64,000 nucleotides of DNA, from the NCBI RefSeq assembly GCF_902652985.1, contig NC_047025.1, forward strand, positions 16,864,001 through 16,928,000. Direction: 5' to 3'. The notes below the pieces were generated by a model that was not told where the DNA came from, searched no databases, and saw only the letters and a program-made list of their open reading frames with translations. Below, piece by piece: positions 63,725 through 64,000 of this stretch (the stretch's first letter is position 1; every line of letters starts with the position of its first letter). The translations under genes and the position numbers were made by a program. This stretch comes from Pecten maximus. Lineage: Eukaryota.

Positions 63725-64000
63725 TGATATATTTGTGGATATCTGATGTCTATTACAGCTGACAACCACTGTGAATGTGGAGTATGATATATTTGTGGAT
63801 ATCTGATGTCTATTACAGCTGACCACTGTGAATGTGGAGTATGATATATTTGTGGATATCTGATGTCTATTACAGCTGACAACCACTGTGAATGTGGAGT
63901 ATGATATATTTGTGGATATCTGATGTCTTTTACAGCTGACAACCACTGTGAATGTGGAGTATGATATATTTGTGGATATCTGATGTCTATTACAGCTGAC
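63725..64000 (+). repeat. 60-bp minisatellite apparently built from the next MCR acceptor junction (runs off the window)
   Basis: TCTATTACAG|CTGACAACCACTGTGAATGTGGAGTAT junctions at 63758, 63818, 63875, 63935 and 63995. Confidence 0.88.

Noticed and set aside
1-64000. Prokaryotic operon or defence system, tRNA or rRNA genes
   Set aside because: All real coding sequence is spliced eukaryotic or transposon-derived. No recognisable intact RNA gene was seen, only SINE relics.

Overview
AT-rich, intron-rich animal DNA. The repeat types and gene content suggest a mollusc, probably a bivalve (inference). Three spliced genes were assembled by hand with phase-consistent GT-AG introns. (1) A minus-strand ankyrin-repeat/SOCS-box (ASB-like) gene, 4 exons, about 424 aa, 6356-15232. 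(2) PRMT7 head-to-head with it, 14 exons, about 689 aa, 15643-32019, with an apparent +1 C frameshift in exon 13. (3) A thioester-protein-superfamily gene of the macroglobulin complement-related (MCR/TEP6) type, with an LDLa exon and a dead thioester (GAGEM); 31 exons lie in the window from 45962 and it runs off the right end. Between PRMT7 and MCR is a young Mag-clade Ty3/gypsy element with apparently identical 255-bp LTRs and a CTATG TSD. Introns and intergenic DNA hold many non-autonomous DNA transposons (TA-, TAA-, 5-, 6- and 7-bp TSD types), Helentron/pearl-like elements, SINE relics and minisatellites. Two signals stand out. (a) Tandem arrays whose unit is a copy of the neighbouring exon-intron junction, giving ladders of decoy splice sites (up to 23 copies) at four or five junctions in two genes. 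(b) Two 28-35 bp head-to-head TIR scars between 7-bp duplications, resembling P-element-type excision footprints, with a full-length element of the same terminus type in the window.
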